Source: Cenarchaeum sp.
Lineage (GTDB): Archaea > Thermoproteota > Nitrososphaeria > Nitrososphaerales > Nitrosopumilaceae
Direction: 5' to 3'
Length of the DNA stretch: 64,000 nt
Assembly (NCBI GenBank): GCA_963692915.1
Contig: OY843584.1
Span: 1,440,001 to 1,504,000, forward strand
Below the pieces are notes generated by a model. The model searched no databases. It saw nothing but the letters and a program-made list of their open reading frames with translations, and had not been told where the DNA came from. How positions within the stretch are numbered: the stretch's first letter is position 1; each line of letters starts with the position of its first letter. Shown here in pieces: positions 28,164-37,442 of the stretch. A program made the position numbers and the translations under genes.

Positions 28164-28623
28164 TCTCGATCTTTGCCTCCTCTAGCGGACAGTCGCGCTC
28201 GTCGCGCTTTAGGCCCACTATGCGGTCGGCGACCTCGATTCCAGAGGTCACCTCGCCAAAGGCAGTATACTGGCCATTGAGATGCATGCTGTCACTCGTG
28301 ACTATAAAGAACTGCGAGCCGGCGCTGTCGGGGTCCGAGGAGCGGGCCATCGAGACGACGCCTCGCACGTGTGCCTTTGGGTTGAACTCGGCCTTGATCG
28401 AGTATCCGGGCCCACCGGTCCCCCATGTGGCCCTGTTGCCCCCCTTTGTGTTGGGGTCGCCGCCCTGTATCATAAAGCCTGGTATGACCCTGTGGAAGAG
28501 CGTTCCGTCATAGAACGAGTCGCGCGCGAGCTTTGCAAAGTTCCTCACAGTCTCAGGCGCTATGTCGGGGAGGAGCCTTATGGTCATCGCGCCTAGATTC
28601 GTCGTTATTGTCGCCTCTGCCAA
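28144..28623 (-). CDS. ppi: Cyclophilin-type peptidyl-prolyl isomerase
   Basis: FHRVIPGFMIQGGDP, SMAR...SAGSQFFI. Confidence 0.96.
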   Translation of the reverse strand: MAEATITTNLGAMTIRLLPDIAPETVRNFAKLARDSFYDGTLFHRVIPGFMIQGGDPNTKGGNRATWGTGGPGYSIKAEFNPKAHVRGVVSMARSSDPDSAGSQFFIVTSDSMHLNGQYTAFGEVTSGIEVADRIVGLKRDERDCPLEEAKIESVRVAD

Positions 28624-28833
28624 CGATCCGCGCGCCGCATATGTTGCAATATAGCCTTTTGGGAGGATGTGGGCGCCATGTGACGTGGCGGCCTTGCGTG
28701 ATCCGCCTCCCGGAGGGAGAATCCTCGCCGAGCCTGAGGTGACATATTAAACCTGTCGTGCGCGTGATCAATTTTTGTTAAAGTGCGCAGACTGAAAATA
28801 ATGTTATATATCCCCAGAGTCCGGCGCACCGCG

Positions 28834-29061
28834 TTGAATCGCACAAACCAGAATTCTGTCATAAAGGAAGCGATTAACACATACCTCGAGAACGGCATAA
28901 AGGACAAGCAGGACATATACACGCGCGTAGTCGTCGACCTTGGCGTTCCGCGACCCACGGTCCGGCGCGTCGCACGCGACCTGCGCAACGAGCTCCTTCG
29001 CAAGATCGAGACCCTCCAGGACGAGATATCGACTGCCGAGGGCAACAGCCGCTCCAAATAG
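28834..29061 (+). CDS. Small HTH-like hypothetical protein
   Basis: LGVPRPTVRRVA; TTG start ~25 nt after TTATATAT. Confidence 0.7.
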   Translation: MNRTNQNSVIKEAINTYLENGIKDKQDIYTRVVVDLGVPRPTVRRVARDLRNELLRKIETLQDEISTAEGNSRSK

Positions 29062-29203
29062 GCCACCAGGCCATTTTTTCATTTTTAGGCGTGAGCAGCG
29101 GCGCGTGCTCGCCCCGTAGGGTGCATGGGCGTGGGCTCCTGACCCGCCCGCACGCGACGGTCAGGCACGCAATCAACCCTTAAAAATGGCATATGGGCAC
29201 TGA

Positions 29204-29350
29204 ATGATGTTGTCAGAAAAGAGCGAGACCAAAAAGCACGTGATGACACAGGCCGAAGCAGAGGCAAAGCTCGACAAACTGGACATAACGGCACCACTAT
29301 ACGCCAGCAGGGAAAAGAGGTACGATCCGTTTGAGGAAGACTCCCAATGA
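29204..29350 (+). CDS. 48-aa small protein (not in ORF track)
   Basis: MMLSEKSETKKHVMTQAEAEAKLDKLDITAPLYASREKRYDPFEEDSQ; CTTAAAAA box at 29179-29186; purine-rich coding-like sequence. Confidence 0.5.
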   Translation: MMLSEKSETKKHVMTQAEAEAKLDKLDITAPLYASREKRYDPFEEDSQ

Positions 29351-29423
29351 TCCCCCTGACACGCAGGACAGCCTCTAAGGGCAATAATGATTATAAACGG
29401 CCACCTGTGGGCGCGTGACGCAC

Positions 29424-29663
29424 ATGGGGTACCTGTACAACCACCTCGCGACAGTCGTGTGCGGCGTGTTCGCCGGCGTGCTTAGCCTGCTCTGGGCATT
29501 ACTCGTCCCACCGTATCCCGCCCTCCACTTTGTCTTTCTCATGGCCGTGCCGATAATGTGGTTTCTCGTCCTGACGTGCTGGCTCGCCCAAAAGAGCACT
29601 GACTATATGCACGCCACGCATGAGTCACCCGAGCAGCAGCGCTATACGAGCGCGGCGATCTAG
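29424..29663 (+). CDS. Small 2-TM membrane protein
   Basis: Two hydrophobic helices; TTATAAA box upstream. Confidence 0.7.
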   Translation: MGYLYNHLATVVCGVFAGVLSLLWALLVPPYPALHFVFLMAVPIMWFLVLTCWLAQKSTDYMHATHESPEQQRYTSAAI

Positions 29664-29766
29664 TGCGAGCATCCACAGCCGCACGATTCGCCGTGGGCAG
29701 TCTTGCATGACGGGCAGCTCTGCGCTCCGCCAAGGTGACACTTGCACGCGCACTCGTCCATGAGCC

Positions 29767-30285
29767 TCACCGTGTCTTGGAGGCCAGCGCAATCGTGTCG
29801 TCGACCATCTCAGTCACGCGCGCCGTCGTCTCGGCGTCTGGTCCGGAGTCACTGATCTTGTCGGCGGTGACATAGACGGCCTTTGGGTTTGCTATAACGC
29901 GAAAGTACGAGAGGAGCTGCGTGAGAAGCGTCTGCACGTCAGTAAAGCCGATCTCACCGGAGGCAACGATGGTCATGCCGGCAACCTTGCCGGGGGTCTT
30001 TTTGTAGTCGATATACTCAAAGAGGTTCTTTAGCGCCGAGCTAAAGAACGAGTTGTATATCGGCGTGCCAATTATCCAGACGTCAGCCTCCGTTATTGCC
30101 GCCGCCGCGCGCATGGTCGCCTCGCCGTACGCCTCGCCGGGCCCGCGATAGCAGTCTATCGAGCCGTCTGCCATGTTGATGAATGTCGTGTCTGCTGACT
30201 TTGAGGCATGCTCGTGGGCGATGCGCATGACGTGCTGCGTTCTTGCGCCCTTTCGTGGACTAGCCGATATGACTACGACCTTCAT
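29767..30285 (-). CDS. NADPH-dependent FMN reductase
   Basis: ISASPRKG, GTPIYN...ALKNLFE. Confidence 0.9.
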   Translation of the reverse strand: MKVVVISASPRKGARTQHVMRIAHEHASKSADTTFINMADGSIDCYRGPGEAYGEATMRAAAAITEADVWIIGTPIYNSFFSSALKNLFEYIDYKKTPGKVAGMTIVASGEIGFTDVQTLLTQLLSYFRVIANPKAVYVTADKISDSGPDAETTARVTEMVDDTIALASKTR

Positions 30286-30333
30286 GTGTCGTGCCCACCC
30301 ACGCGGCATATTTAATGTTCTGTGCGGTTCGCA

Positions 30334-30446
30334 GTATGAGGTCAGCACCCCTGGCCTGTTCATGTCCAGACAGGCGCCAAAATGGCAAGCAGATCGACAG
30401 GATACGCCTATTTGGCCAAATGAGCAGGAGGGCGCTGACCTCATAC
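30334..30446. other. Long imperfect inverted repeat / candidate structured RNA
   Basis: GTATGAGGTCAGCACCC pairs with GGGCGCTGACCTCATAC (16/17); the stem continues CCTGTTCAT/ATGAGCAGG. Confidence 0.55.
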
Positions 30447-30537
30447 GGCTCGCGCCGATCCGGACGCCTCCATCTAGCTAGAATGGCACCGTGGAGCGCG
30501 TTCAAGCTTTAAATCAACCTCTGCGCGCGGTTCTGCG

Positions 30538-32061
30538 TTGAGCCGGACTCGCCTGACATCAGCACTCGCCGCAGCGCTCCTAGTCGCGATAGTTCCGGCC
30601 GCGCATGCCGAGCTTGACTGGCCAGAAAAGGTAGAGCTCGGTGCTGCCCTCTATGAGATTCGCGGTCACCTCGATGCCGTTGAGACCAACCTGGGCGGCT
30701 CATTTGGCTCGTTTGCCTCCGAGTCGTTCATGGCCGAGGCGCAGCACGCCGTAGCGCACGCGGGGCATCCGATCGCCGAGGTCTACCCCGCGATATCGCC
30801 AACTGTTCGCGAGATCGACTCGGTAGTTGATGACACGCTCAGGGACGCACTAGAGAAGCTCAACGCGCGCGTCGGGCAGGGCGTTACATCATACTCTGAG
30901 ATCGCCGATGAGCTCTCGACGGCAAGGTGGGCAGTCGACATGGTTCAGACCGCTACGCTAGGCGTCGACTCGCCTAATGACCCCGCACTCAACGCCGCCA
31001 TCGCCGCACAGCTCATCGAGCTCTCGACTGACGAGTATGACGAGGCCATACTCGACTCGCGTGTAGAGTATGTAGTCGAGCTGCAAGACGCGTACGCGTT
31101 TCTTGACGTGGCCCACATGGATATCCTCCGAGGCGCCACGTTCATGGACTATTCGGCGACGCAGCAGATCGAGTACGATGACGCATTTCTCGCGTTCTAT
31201 GAGGTATATGACAACCGCGCCGACCCCGCGCGCTCAGCAGAGATGGCATCTGCGCTATCTGCCAAGCTTGTCTCAACGTTTGCAGAGTCAGACGGCATGA
31301 TGGGCATGACAGACATGACCGATATGACCGACAAGGACTCAAAGATGCCAATGCAGGCAGATTATGCCGAGTCAGTGGCGAGAATTGCAGTGATAAGGGA
31401 TCTGCTCGATAAGGCAAAATACGAGTACAATGCGGGCAACACCGATATGGCCGCCGACCTTGTAAAGCAGGCGTACATTGACGAGTTCGAGTACGTCGAG
31501 TCTGATCTTGATGCCGTAGGCCAGCCGGAACTCCGCGAAAAGATAGAGACGATGCTTCGTGACACGATCCTGTCGTCAATTCGCGCCGGTGGTGATGATG
31601 CCCCGCCAATGATAGACACAGTCGTAGGGGATCTCGAGGTGGCTCGCGTCGCGCTGACCGGAGAGGGCCAGCCCATGACGACATCAGAGTCAGAGGGCGG
31701 CGGATGCCTCATTGCGACAGCCGCATACGGCACGGAGATGGCCCACGAGGTCCAGGCCCTGCGCGAGACGCGTGACTCTGTCCTCGGCACCGCCACAGGC
31801 TCGGCGTTCATGTCGGCCTTTAACGGCGTATACTATGCGTTCTCGCCAACAGTGGCTGACTGGGAGCGCGAGAGCCCCGAGTTTCGCGCCCTCGTGAGGG
31901 CACTCATCACGCCGATGGTCGCCTCGCTGTCGATAATGTCAGTCGCTGGCGATGACGCCTCGGACATCGGCGTCGCCTCGCTAGGCGCCCTCGTTATCGC
32001 GCTCAACGTCGGCATGTACGTGGCCGCACCGGCGGCCATCGCCTGGCGCCTCAGACGCTAG
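30538..32061 (+). CDS. Secreted acidic helical protein with CFI-box-CTERM domain (putative metal-binding)
   Basis: Signal peptide; GGGCLIATAAYG...LRETRD...YYAFSP; C-terminal TM; Met-rich MMGMTDMTDMTD linker. Confidence 0.85.
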   Translation: MSRTRLTSALAAALLVAIVPAAHAELDWPEKVELGAALYEIRGHLDAVETNLGGSFGSFASESFMAEAQHAVAHAGHPIAEVYPAISPTVREIDSVVDDTLRDALEKLNARVGQGVTSYSEIADELSTARWAVDMVQTATLGVDSPNDPALNAAIAAQLIELSTDEYDEAILDSRVEYVVELQDAYAFLDVAHMDILRGATFMDYSATQQIEYDDAFLAFYEVYDNRADPARSAEMASALSAKLVSTFAESDGMMGMTDMTDMTDKDSKMPMQADYAESVARIAVIRDLLDKAKYEYNAGNTDMAADLVKQAYIDEFEYVESDLDAVGQPELREKIETMLRDTILSSIRAGGDDAPPMIDTVVGDLEVARVALTGEGQPMTTSESEGGGCLIATAAYGTEMAHEVQALRETRDSVLGTATGSAFMSAFNGVYYAFSPTVADWERESPEFRALVRALITPMVASLSIMSVAGDDASDIGVASLGALVIALNVGMYVAAPAAIAWRLRR

Positions 32062-32111
32062 GGCAAGGGCGCATTACAGATGCCTGGAATCAGTTAGTGC
32101 TTTAAATATAA

Positions 32112-32125
32112 TTAGCTAACCCTAA
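32112..32125. promoter_or_regulatory. DtxR/SirR/MntR-like operator immediately downstream of a TATA box
   Basis: TTAGCTAACCCTAA (11/14 match to TTAGGTTAACCTAA) following TTTAAATA at 32101, upstream of the FTR1 gene. Confidence 0.6.
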
Positions 32126-32137
32126 AGTATCCTGCCC

Positions 32138-34258
32138 ATGGATATCCCGCTGTGGCCACTCGCCCTCGTGCTTCTCATGCCACTCATCGCCGCGCACGCC
32201 GATGCGCCCCTTGCGGCAGTTCACGAGATAGCCCTTGCGTCTGTGGACCTTGCCGCCGAGGGACTAGAGGCCGGCGACGTGGACACGGCGGCCGCACACG
32301 CGAGATTCGCCGCCGAGTTCTTTGCGACCCATGCCTCAGGCAACGAGGATGCCCACCTCCTGCTCCTTGACGTCAGCACGTTAGTCTCCCTGGGCGACAT
32401 CGAGCGCGCCTCGCACGCCGCCGAGTCCGCCTCTGAGGAGCTTTACCGCGGTGTCGGCACCATGGGTTCGGCCGACCACGTTGAGCTGCTCGCCGTGGCA
32501 CAAAAGGCGTATCGCGAGGCAACGATATACGGCAATGTCGCCTCTGCCGAGCTTGCAATCGCGCTGGCCTCGCGCGTGGCCGAGCTTGCCCCCGATGATC
32601 GCCTTGATTCCATTGTGGCTCGCATGCGCGCAAATGATGCCGACTATGAGGGAGTTGCCGGAGACATTGCATACGCGCAGCGCACTCTCTTTGGCGCAAG
32701 CTCTGTGACAGTGGATCCGGCTCACCTCTACGTGACAATCAGGTCGCTAAACGAAGGCGTGATCGAGGCTGCTGCAGCCGACAACTATGAGCTCGCCGAC
32801 GCGCGCGCCGTGGAGGCGTACCTTGACAACTTTGAGTACCTCGAGCCGCTCATCGAACAGGTCGACGAGGATCTCATGCTCTCACTAGAGGTCGCAATGC
32901 GCGAGCGCCTGCGTGAGCTGATCGCCGATCGTGCCGAGCCTGCGCTCCTGCGATCGCACATAGAGGAGGCCATACTGCCCGACCTTGCGCGAGCCGAGAA
33001 CCTCACGGCAGATCTCGAGTATGGCGACACCGTGGCCAGCGCGCTTGCCGAGCCGGGAGCCTCCACTGCGCGCATGGGATCTGCCTCTGAGGTACAAAAG
33101 TCGACGGTTCGCACAGAGATAGACGAGATTAGGGCGCTGCTCACCGAGGCGTCTAGGAGCCACAGGGCCGGCGAGTACGAGGAGGCCTATGCCGCCACAC
33201 GCTCGGCGTACCTTGACAGCTATGAGCTCATCGAGGTCCCGCTGCGCACGATCAGCCCCGACTTTACGCTCGAAGTCGAGCACCAGTTCGCCGAGCTGAG
33301 AAACCTCGTGCGCGGGCCGGCCGAGCGCGAGGACGTCAGGGCAATGATCGCCGCAATAGAGCGCAACCTTGACGAGTCTGAGCTCCTAGTCGGGGGAACC
33401 GGCACGCTCGCGCCGGCGATCGCGCTAATGGCCTCCTTTGCGATAATATTCCGCGAGGGCCTCGAGTCGGTCCTCATACTCGGCGCGATACTCGCGTACC
33501 TCGAGGCCACGCGCAACACGCGCTTCAAGCCGCACCTCATGTATGGCGTTGTCGCCGGAATTGGGGCCACGGGCGTGACGTGGGTCATTGCGCAGTATGT
33601 CATCGAGATATCCGGCGCGAGTCGCGAGCTCATCGAGGCAGTCGCCGCACTCTCGGCGACGGCCGTGCTCTTTTATGTCAGCTTTTGGGTTCTCAACAAG
33701 ATAGAGCACAAAAAATGGATGGAGTTTGTAAAGGCAAAGGTCTGGCAGGCGACCACAACTGGCAGCGCGACAGTCTTTGTCATGCTGTCGTTCTTTACCG
33801 TGTACCGCGAGGGCTTTGAGACAGTTCTCTTTTACCAGGCGATGATTAGCTTTGCGCGCTATTCAGAGATATACGTCATCCTCGGCCTCATCCTCGGCCT
33901 CGTCGCGCTCTTCGCCGTCTATTACGGCATGCGCCGCCTCGGGAAACGCCTGCCGCTGCGCGCGCTCTTTGGACTGACTATGGGCGTTGGCGCATACCTC
34001 TCGATAGCGTTTCTCGGCAACGCCGTGCGCGAGCTCCAGGTTCTCGACATCGTCCCATACACGTCGATGCTCGGGACGATACCGCGCCTTGACATCAACC
34101 TCGCAACGATGACGGGAATATACCCGACACTAGAGACGACAGTCGCGCAGATTGTCCTCTTTGGCGTGTATGTCGTGGCGTCCTCGTACGTCCTGATCAT
34201 GCGCCCGCGCCGCGCCGCGCGCCTCGAGGCCATGCGCAAGTCAAGGAGGGACGCATAG
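32138..34258 (+). CDS. ftr1: FTR1-family high-affinity iron permease with long extracellular N-terminus
   Basis: Two RExxE motifs (FREGLE, YREGFE) and about 7 TM segments. Confidence 0.92.
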   Translation: MDIPLWPLALVLLMPLIAAHADAPLAAVHEIALASVDLAAEGLEAGDVDTAAAHARFAAEFFATHASGNEDAHLLLLDVSTLVSLGDIERASHAAESASEELYRGVGTMGSADHVELLAVAQKAYREATIYGNVASAELAIALASRVAELAPDDRLDSIVARMRANDADYEGVAGDIAYAQRTLFGASSVTVDPAHLYVTIRSLNEGVIEAAAADNYELADARAVEAYLDNFEYLEPLIEQVDEDLMLSLEVAMRERLRELIADRAEPALLRSHIEEAILPDLARAENLTADLEYGDTVASALAEPGASTARMGSASEVQKSTVRTEIDEIRALLTEASRSHRAGEYEEAYAATRSAYLDSYELIEVPLRTISPDFTLEVEHQFAELRNLVRGPAEREDVRAMIAAIERNLDESELLVGGTGTLAPAIALMASFAIIFREGLESVLILGAILAYLEATRNTRFKPHLMYGVVAGIGATGVTWVIAQYVIEISGASRELIEAVAALSATAVLFYVSFWVLNKIEHKKWMEFVKAKVWQATTTGSATVFVMLSFFTVYREGFETVLFYQAMISFARYSEIYVILGLILGLVALFAVYYGMRRLGKRLPLRALFGLTMGVGAYLSIAFLGNAVRELQVLDIVPYTSMLGTIPRLDINLATMTGIYPTLETTVAQIVLFGVYVVASSYVLIMRPRRAARLEAMRKSRRDA

Positions 34259-36354
34259 TGAGGCGCGTGCGAATCGGCATTGACGTCGGCGGGACATTCA
34301 CAAAGGCCGTCGCCGTCGAGACGCGAACCGGCGCAATAGTCAGGCGCTCAGTCGTGCCCACGACGCACGCTGCGCCAACGGGCGTCGCCGAGGGCATACT
34401 CGAGTCGCTCTCTGACATCCTCTCTAGTGGTGAGATCGACCCCTCTGAGGTCGAGCTCATATCGCACAGCACGACGCAGGCGATCAACGCGCTCCTCGAG
34501 TCAGACACGGCTAGGGTCGGCATGGTCGCCATGGGAGTCGGGCCGGAACGTCGCGACGTGATGAAGCGCACCGCACTCAAGGACGGCGACGGCTCTGTGA
34601 GCGCCGAGCGCGAGTTTCTCGACACGTCACACGTGCTGACTGCCGGCGAGGTCGACGGCGCGATATCTGCGCTGCGATCAAGGGGTGCTGAGGTCATACT
34701 CGCAGCCGAGGCATTTGGCGTCGATGACCCGTCTAATGAGATCTTTGTAATGGAGGGCGCCGCGCGCGCCGGACTTCCGGCGACGGCCTCGCACGAGGTC
34801 TCTGGCGCATACGGCCTCGAGATCCGCTCAACGACGGCGGCGATGAACGCTAGCGTCCTGCCCACTGCAGCGCGCGTCGCCGGCCACGTCGAGCGTGCCG
34901 TCAAGGGCCTTGGCGTGAACGCGCCGCTCATGATCATGCGCGGGGACGGCGGCGTGACGAGCATGGAGACGTTCCGCACGAGGCCCATACTCACGGTTCT
35001 CTCCGGACCGGCCGCTAGCGTCGCCGGCGCGCTACTCCACCTTCGCATCGCCGATGGCATATTCATCGAGGTCGGCGGGACGAGCACGAACATCTGCGTC
35101 ATCAGGGGAGGCAAGCCCGAGGTTCGCTATGTCACAATACAGGGAAAGCCCACATGCGTGAGATCACTTGATGTCAGGGTCATCGGGTCTGCCGGAGGGA
35201 GCATGGTCCGGCGCCACTCGCGCGGCGTCTGGACAGCCGGATCGCGAAGCGCGCACATTGCGGGCCTGCGCTATGCGTGCTATGCGGATGCTGCCGAGCT
35301 GCGCTCAGGCACGCTAGTCACGATCAGGCCCACGCCCAATGATGAGGAGGAGTATGTCGCCATACGCTGCGAGTCAGCAACATATGCGGTCACAAACACG
35401 TGCGCGGCCAACGCGCTGGGACTGGTTCCCGAGGGGGACTATTCGCGCTCTAGTCCGGACTCGGCACGCGCAGCAATGGAGATGCTCGGTGCGCAGACTG
35501 ACACGCCATACTCGGAAGTCGCGCGGTCCATCATACAGACATCGTCCTTTGGCATAACAAAGGAGGTCAGCCGCATAATGAAGGAGTACTCCATGGACAC
35601 GTCAACGACGCGCGTCATTGGGGCGGGTGGGGGCGCATCAGTCCTAGCGCCCTTTGTCGCAAAGCAGCTTGGCCTCGAGTACCAAAAGGCCGACAACGCC
35701 GAGGTCATATCGTCGATAGGCGCGGCCTCCTCGATGCTCCAAGAGTCCTCTGAGGTGTCAATGGCAAACCCCACGCCCGAGGCGATACACGCAGCATGTA
35801 GGGACGTGCACGCAGCGCTTGTCGCACGCGGCGCGGTCCCAGAGTCAATCATAGTCGACTCCAAGCACGATTCTGATCGTGCGGTCCTGCGCGTCAGCGC
35901 AGTCGGCAACGTGGAGCTCGACTCGACCGGCGCGCCGCACTCGGCCTTTACGCTCGATGAGGCACGCGCACGCGCCGCCGAGGTCATGCGCCTGCCCGCA
36001 GGCCTCGTGGATCTCAGCTTCGAGTCGGACAGCTATCTCGTCTTTACGGGCAGGGCCCGCAAGAGGCGCGTTCTTGGCACAAAGGTCCAGCGCCGCGTTC
36101 TCGTCCTCGACCGCTATGGGCGCGCAAAGCTCTCCCTAGATGACGCGCTAGTCGTGCAGGGCGGCCGCAACTCGATCATCGAGGAGCTCGGCGAGATCTC
36201 CTCGAAGCGCTCCTCTGTCGTCGCTGCGCGCACGTACCTCATCGATGACATGAGGCTAGTCGACTATTCGGCACTGACTGACAGCACACGCGTCATCGAG
36301 GCAGCACGCGCAGAGCTTGGCGACTCGCGCGCCGCCGTGATAGTCGAGGCCTAG
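34258..36354 (+). CDS. Hydantoinase/oxoprolinase family protein
   Basis: IGIDVGGTFT, HSTT..NALLE, DGG, TVLSGPAAS, EVGGTSTNI. Confidence 0.88.
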   Translation: MRRVRIGIDVGGTFTKAVAVETRTGAIVRRSVVPTTHAAPTGVAEGILESLSDILSSGEIDPSEVELISHSTTQAINALLESDTARVGMVAMGVGPERRDVMKRTALKDGDGSVSAEREFLDTSHVLTAGEVDGAISALRSRGAEVILAAEAFGVDDPSNEIFVMEGAARAGLPATASHEVSGAYGLEIRSTTAAMNASVLPTAARVAGHVERAVKGLGVNAPLMIMRGDGGVTSMETFRTRPILTVLSGPAASVAGALLHLRIADGIFIEVGGTSTNICVIRGGKPEVRYVTIQGKPTCVRSLDVRVIGSAGGSMVRRHSRGVWTAGSRSAHIAGLRYACYADAAELRSGTLVTIRPTPNDEEEYVAIRCESATYAVTNTCAANALGLVPEGDYSRSSPDSARAAMEMLGAQTDTPYSEVARSIIQTSSFGITKEVSRIMKEYSMDTSTTRVIGAGGGASVLAPFVAKQLGLEYQKADNAEVISSIGAASSMLQESSEVSMANPTPEAIHAACRDVHAALVARGAVPESIIVDSKHDSDRAVLRVSAVGNVELDSTGAPHSAFTLDEARARAAEVMRLPAGLVDLSFESDSYLVFTGRARKRRVLGTKVQRRVLVLDRYGRAKLSLDDALVVQGGRNSIIEELGEISSKRSSVVAARTYLIDDMRLVDYSALTDSTRVIEAARAELGDSRAAVIVEA

Positions 36355-36403
36355 GGGCACGCGCGCCGCACTGCGGGACACACGCCCCGCGAGATCATTA
36401 TAG

Positions 36404-36477
36404 TGGGCCGAGAGAGATTCGAACTCACGACCTCTGCCGTGTCGAGGCAGCATCCTAACCAACTAGACCACCGGCCC
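36404..36477 (-). tRNA. tRNA-Val(GAC)
   Basis: GGGCCGGTGGTCTAGTTGGTTAGGATG-CTGCC-TCGACAC-GGCAG-AGGTCGTGAGTTCGAATCTCTCTCGGCCCA forms a cloverleaf. Confidence 0.92.
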
Positions 36478-36603
36478 GCTATGCGAGCGCTCTCTAGCAC
36501 CGACGCTATTAACGTTTAGCGCGGCAGTCGCGCATGGCACCCACATCGCCACCACCTCTGCCCGTCGCATGAGTTAAAGGCAGGCGCAAGGTGCGCCGCT
36601 GCC

Positions 36604-37314
36604 GTGGGCACGGACTTTAGCGAGGCTGACAGGCGCGGACTCTATCGTGCCATACACACGAGGCGCGACGTTCGGTCGCACTTTTCACAGCGGCCCATAG
36701 ATGATGCGGCACTGGTGCGCATTCTCGATGCGGCGCACCATGCGCCCTCTGTCGGATTTTCACAGCCGTGGGACTTTGTCCTCGTGCGTGACGAGGGCAC
36801 GCGCCGCCAGATTCGGCAATCCTTTGAGGGGGCACGCGCCGCGGCGGCCTCTGAGCTAAAGGGCGAGCGCCGCGCCGCATACGAGTCGCTAAAGCTCGAA
36901 GGGATCATGGAGTCGGCGCTAAACGTGTGCGTGACGTATGACCACGCGCGCTTTGGCCCGTTCGTCATCGGGCGCTCGAGCATGCCCGAGGCCGGCGTCT
37001 ATAGCGTCTGCTGCGCGATCCAGAACCTCTGGCTCGCCGCACGCGCCGAGGGCATCGGCGTCGGCTGGGTGAGCATACTCTCGACGAGTGACCTGCGCGA
37101 TGCCCTCGCGCTGCCCGAGTCGATCACGCCAATCGCGTATCTCTGCGTCGGCCCAGTCGAGGAGTTTGCCGCCAGGCCGGATCTCGAGGAGGCCGGATGG
37201 CTCGGGCGCATGGCCCTGCGCGACGTCATCCACTATGAGCGCTGGGGCTCCCGAACAGACCCGTCGTGGGAGAGCATCGGCGGCCTCATCGCGCAAAATC
37301 TGGACTACGCTTAA
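36604..37314 (+). CDS. bluB: 5,6-dimethylbenzimidazole synthase
   Basis: RRDVR.HF, AHHAPSVGFSQPW, LKLEGI, CAIQNLWLAARAEGIGVGWVSI. Confidence 0.93.
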   Translation: MGTDFSEADRRGLYRAIHTRRDVRSHFSQRPIDDAALVRILDAAHHAPSVGFSQPWDFVLVRDEGTRRQIRQSFEGARAAAASELKGERRAAYESLKLEGIMESALNVCVTYDHARFGPFVIGRSSMPEAGVYSVCCAIQNLWLAARAEGIGVGWVSILSTSDLRDALALPESITPIAYLCVGPVEEFAARPDLEEAGWLGRMALRDVIHYERWGSRTDPSWESIGGLIAQNLDYA

Positions 37315-37339
37315 ATAATTACGCCCGCGCGCGCGCTGC

Positions 37340-37434
37340 GGGTTCGTGGCGCAGAGCCGCAAGTCGGCGCGTAGCATGGATAGCGCGGTAGCCTCCTAAG
37401 TTACAGGTCGAGGGATCGAAGCCCTCCGAACCCG
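37340..37434 (+). tRNA. tRNA-Arg(CCT) with ~20-nt non-canonical D-loop intron (~37355..37374)
   Basis: Acceptor GGGTTCG/CGAACCC; anticodon arm GTAGC-CTCCTAA-GTTAC. Removing AGCCGCAAGTCGGCGCGTAG restores a GCGC/GCGC D-stem. Confidence 0.88.
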
Positions 37435-37442
37435 CTATACAG

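Noticed and set aside
29085-29170. GC-rich hairpins (CCTGACC/GGTCAGG etc.)
   Set aside because: Short stems are plausible by chance at this GC content.
29424-29663. Assigning the small membrane protein as an ammonia monooxygenase accessory subunit
   Set aside because: No amo genes nearby and no motif I can verify.
36354-37440. tRNA-targeted integrated element
   Set aside because: No integrase and no duplicated tRNA 3' end seen; the flanks are core genes.
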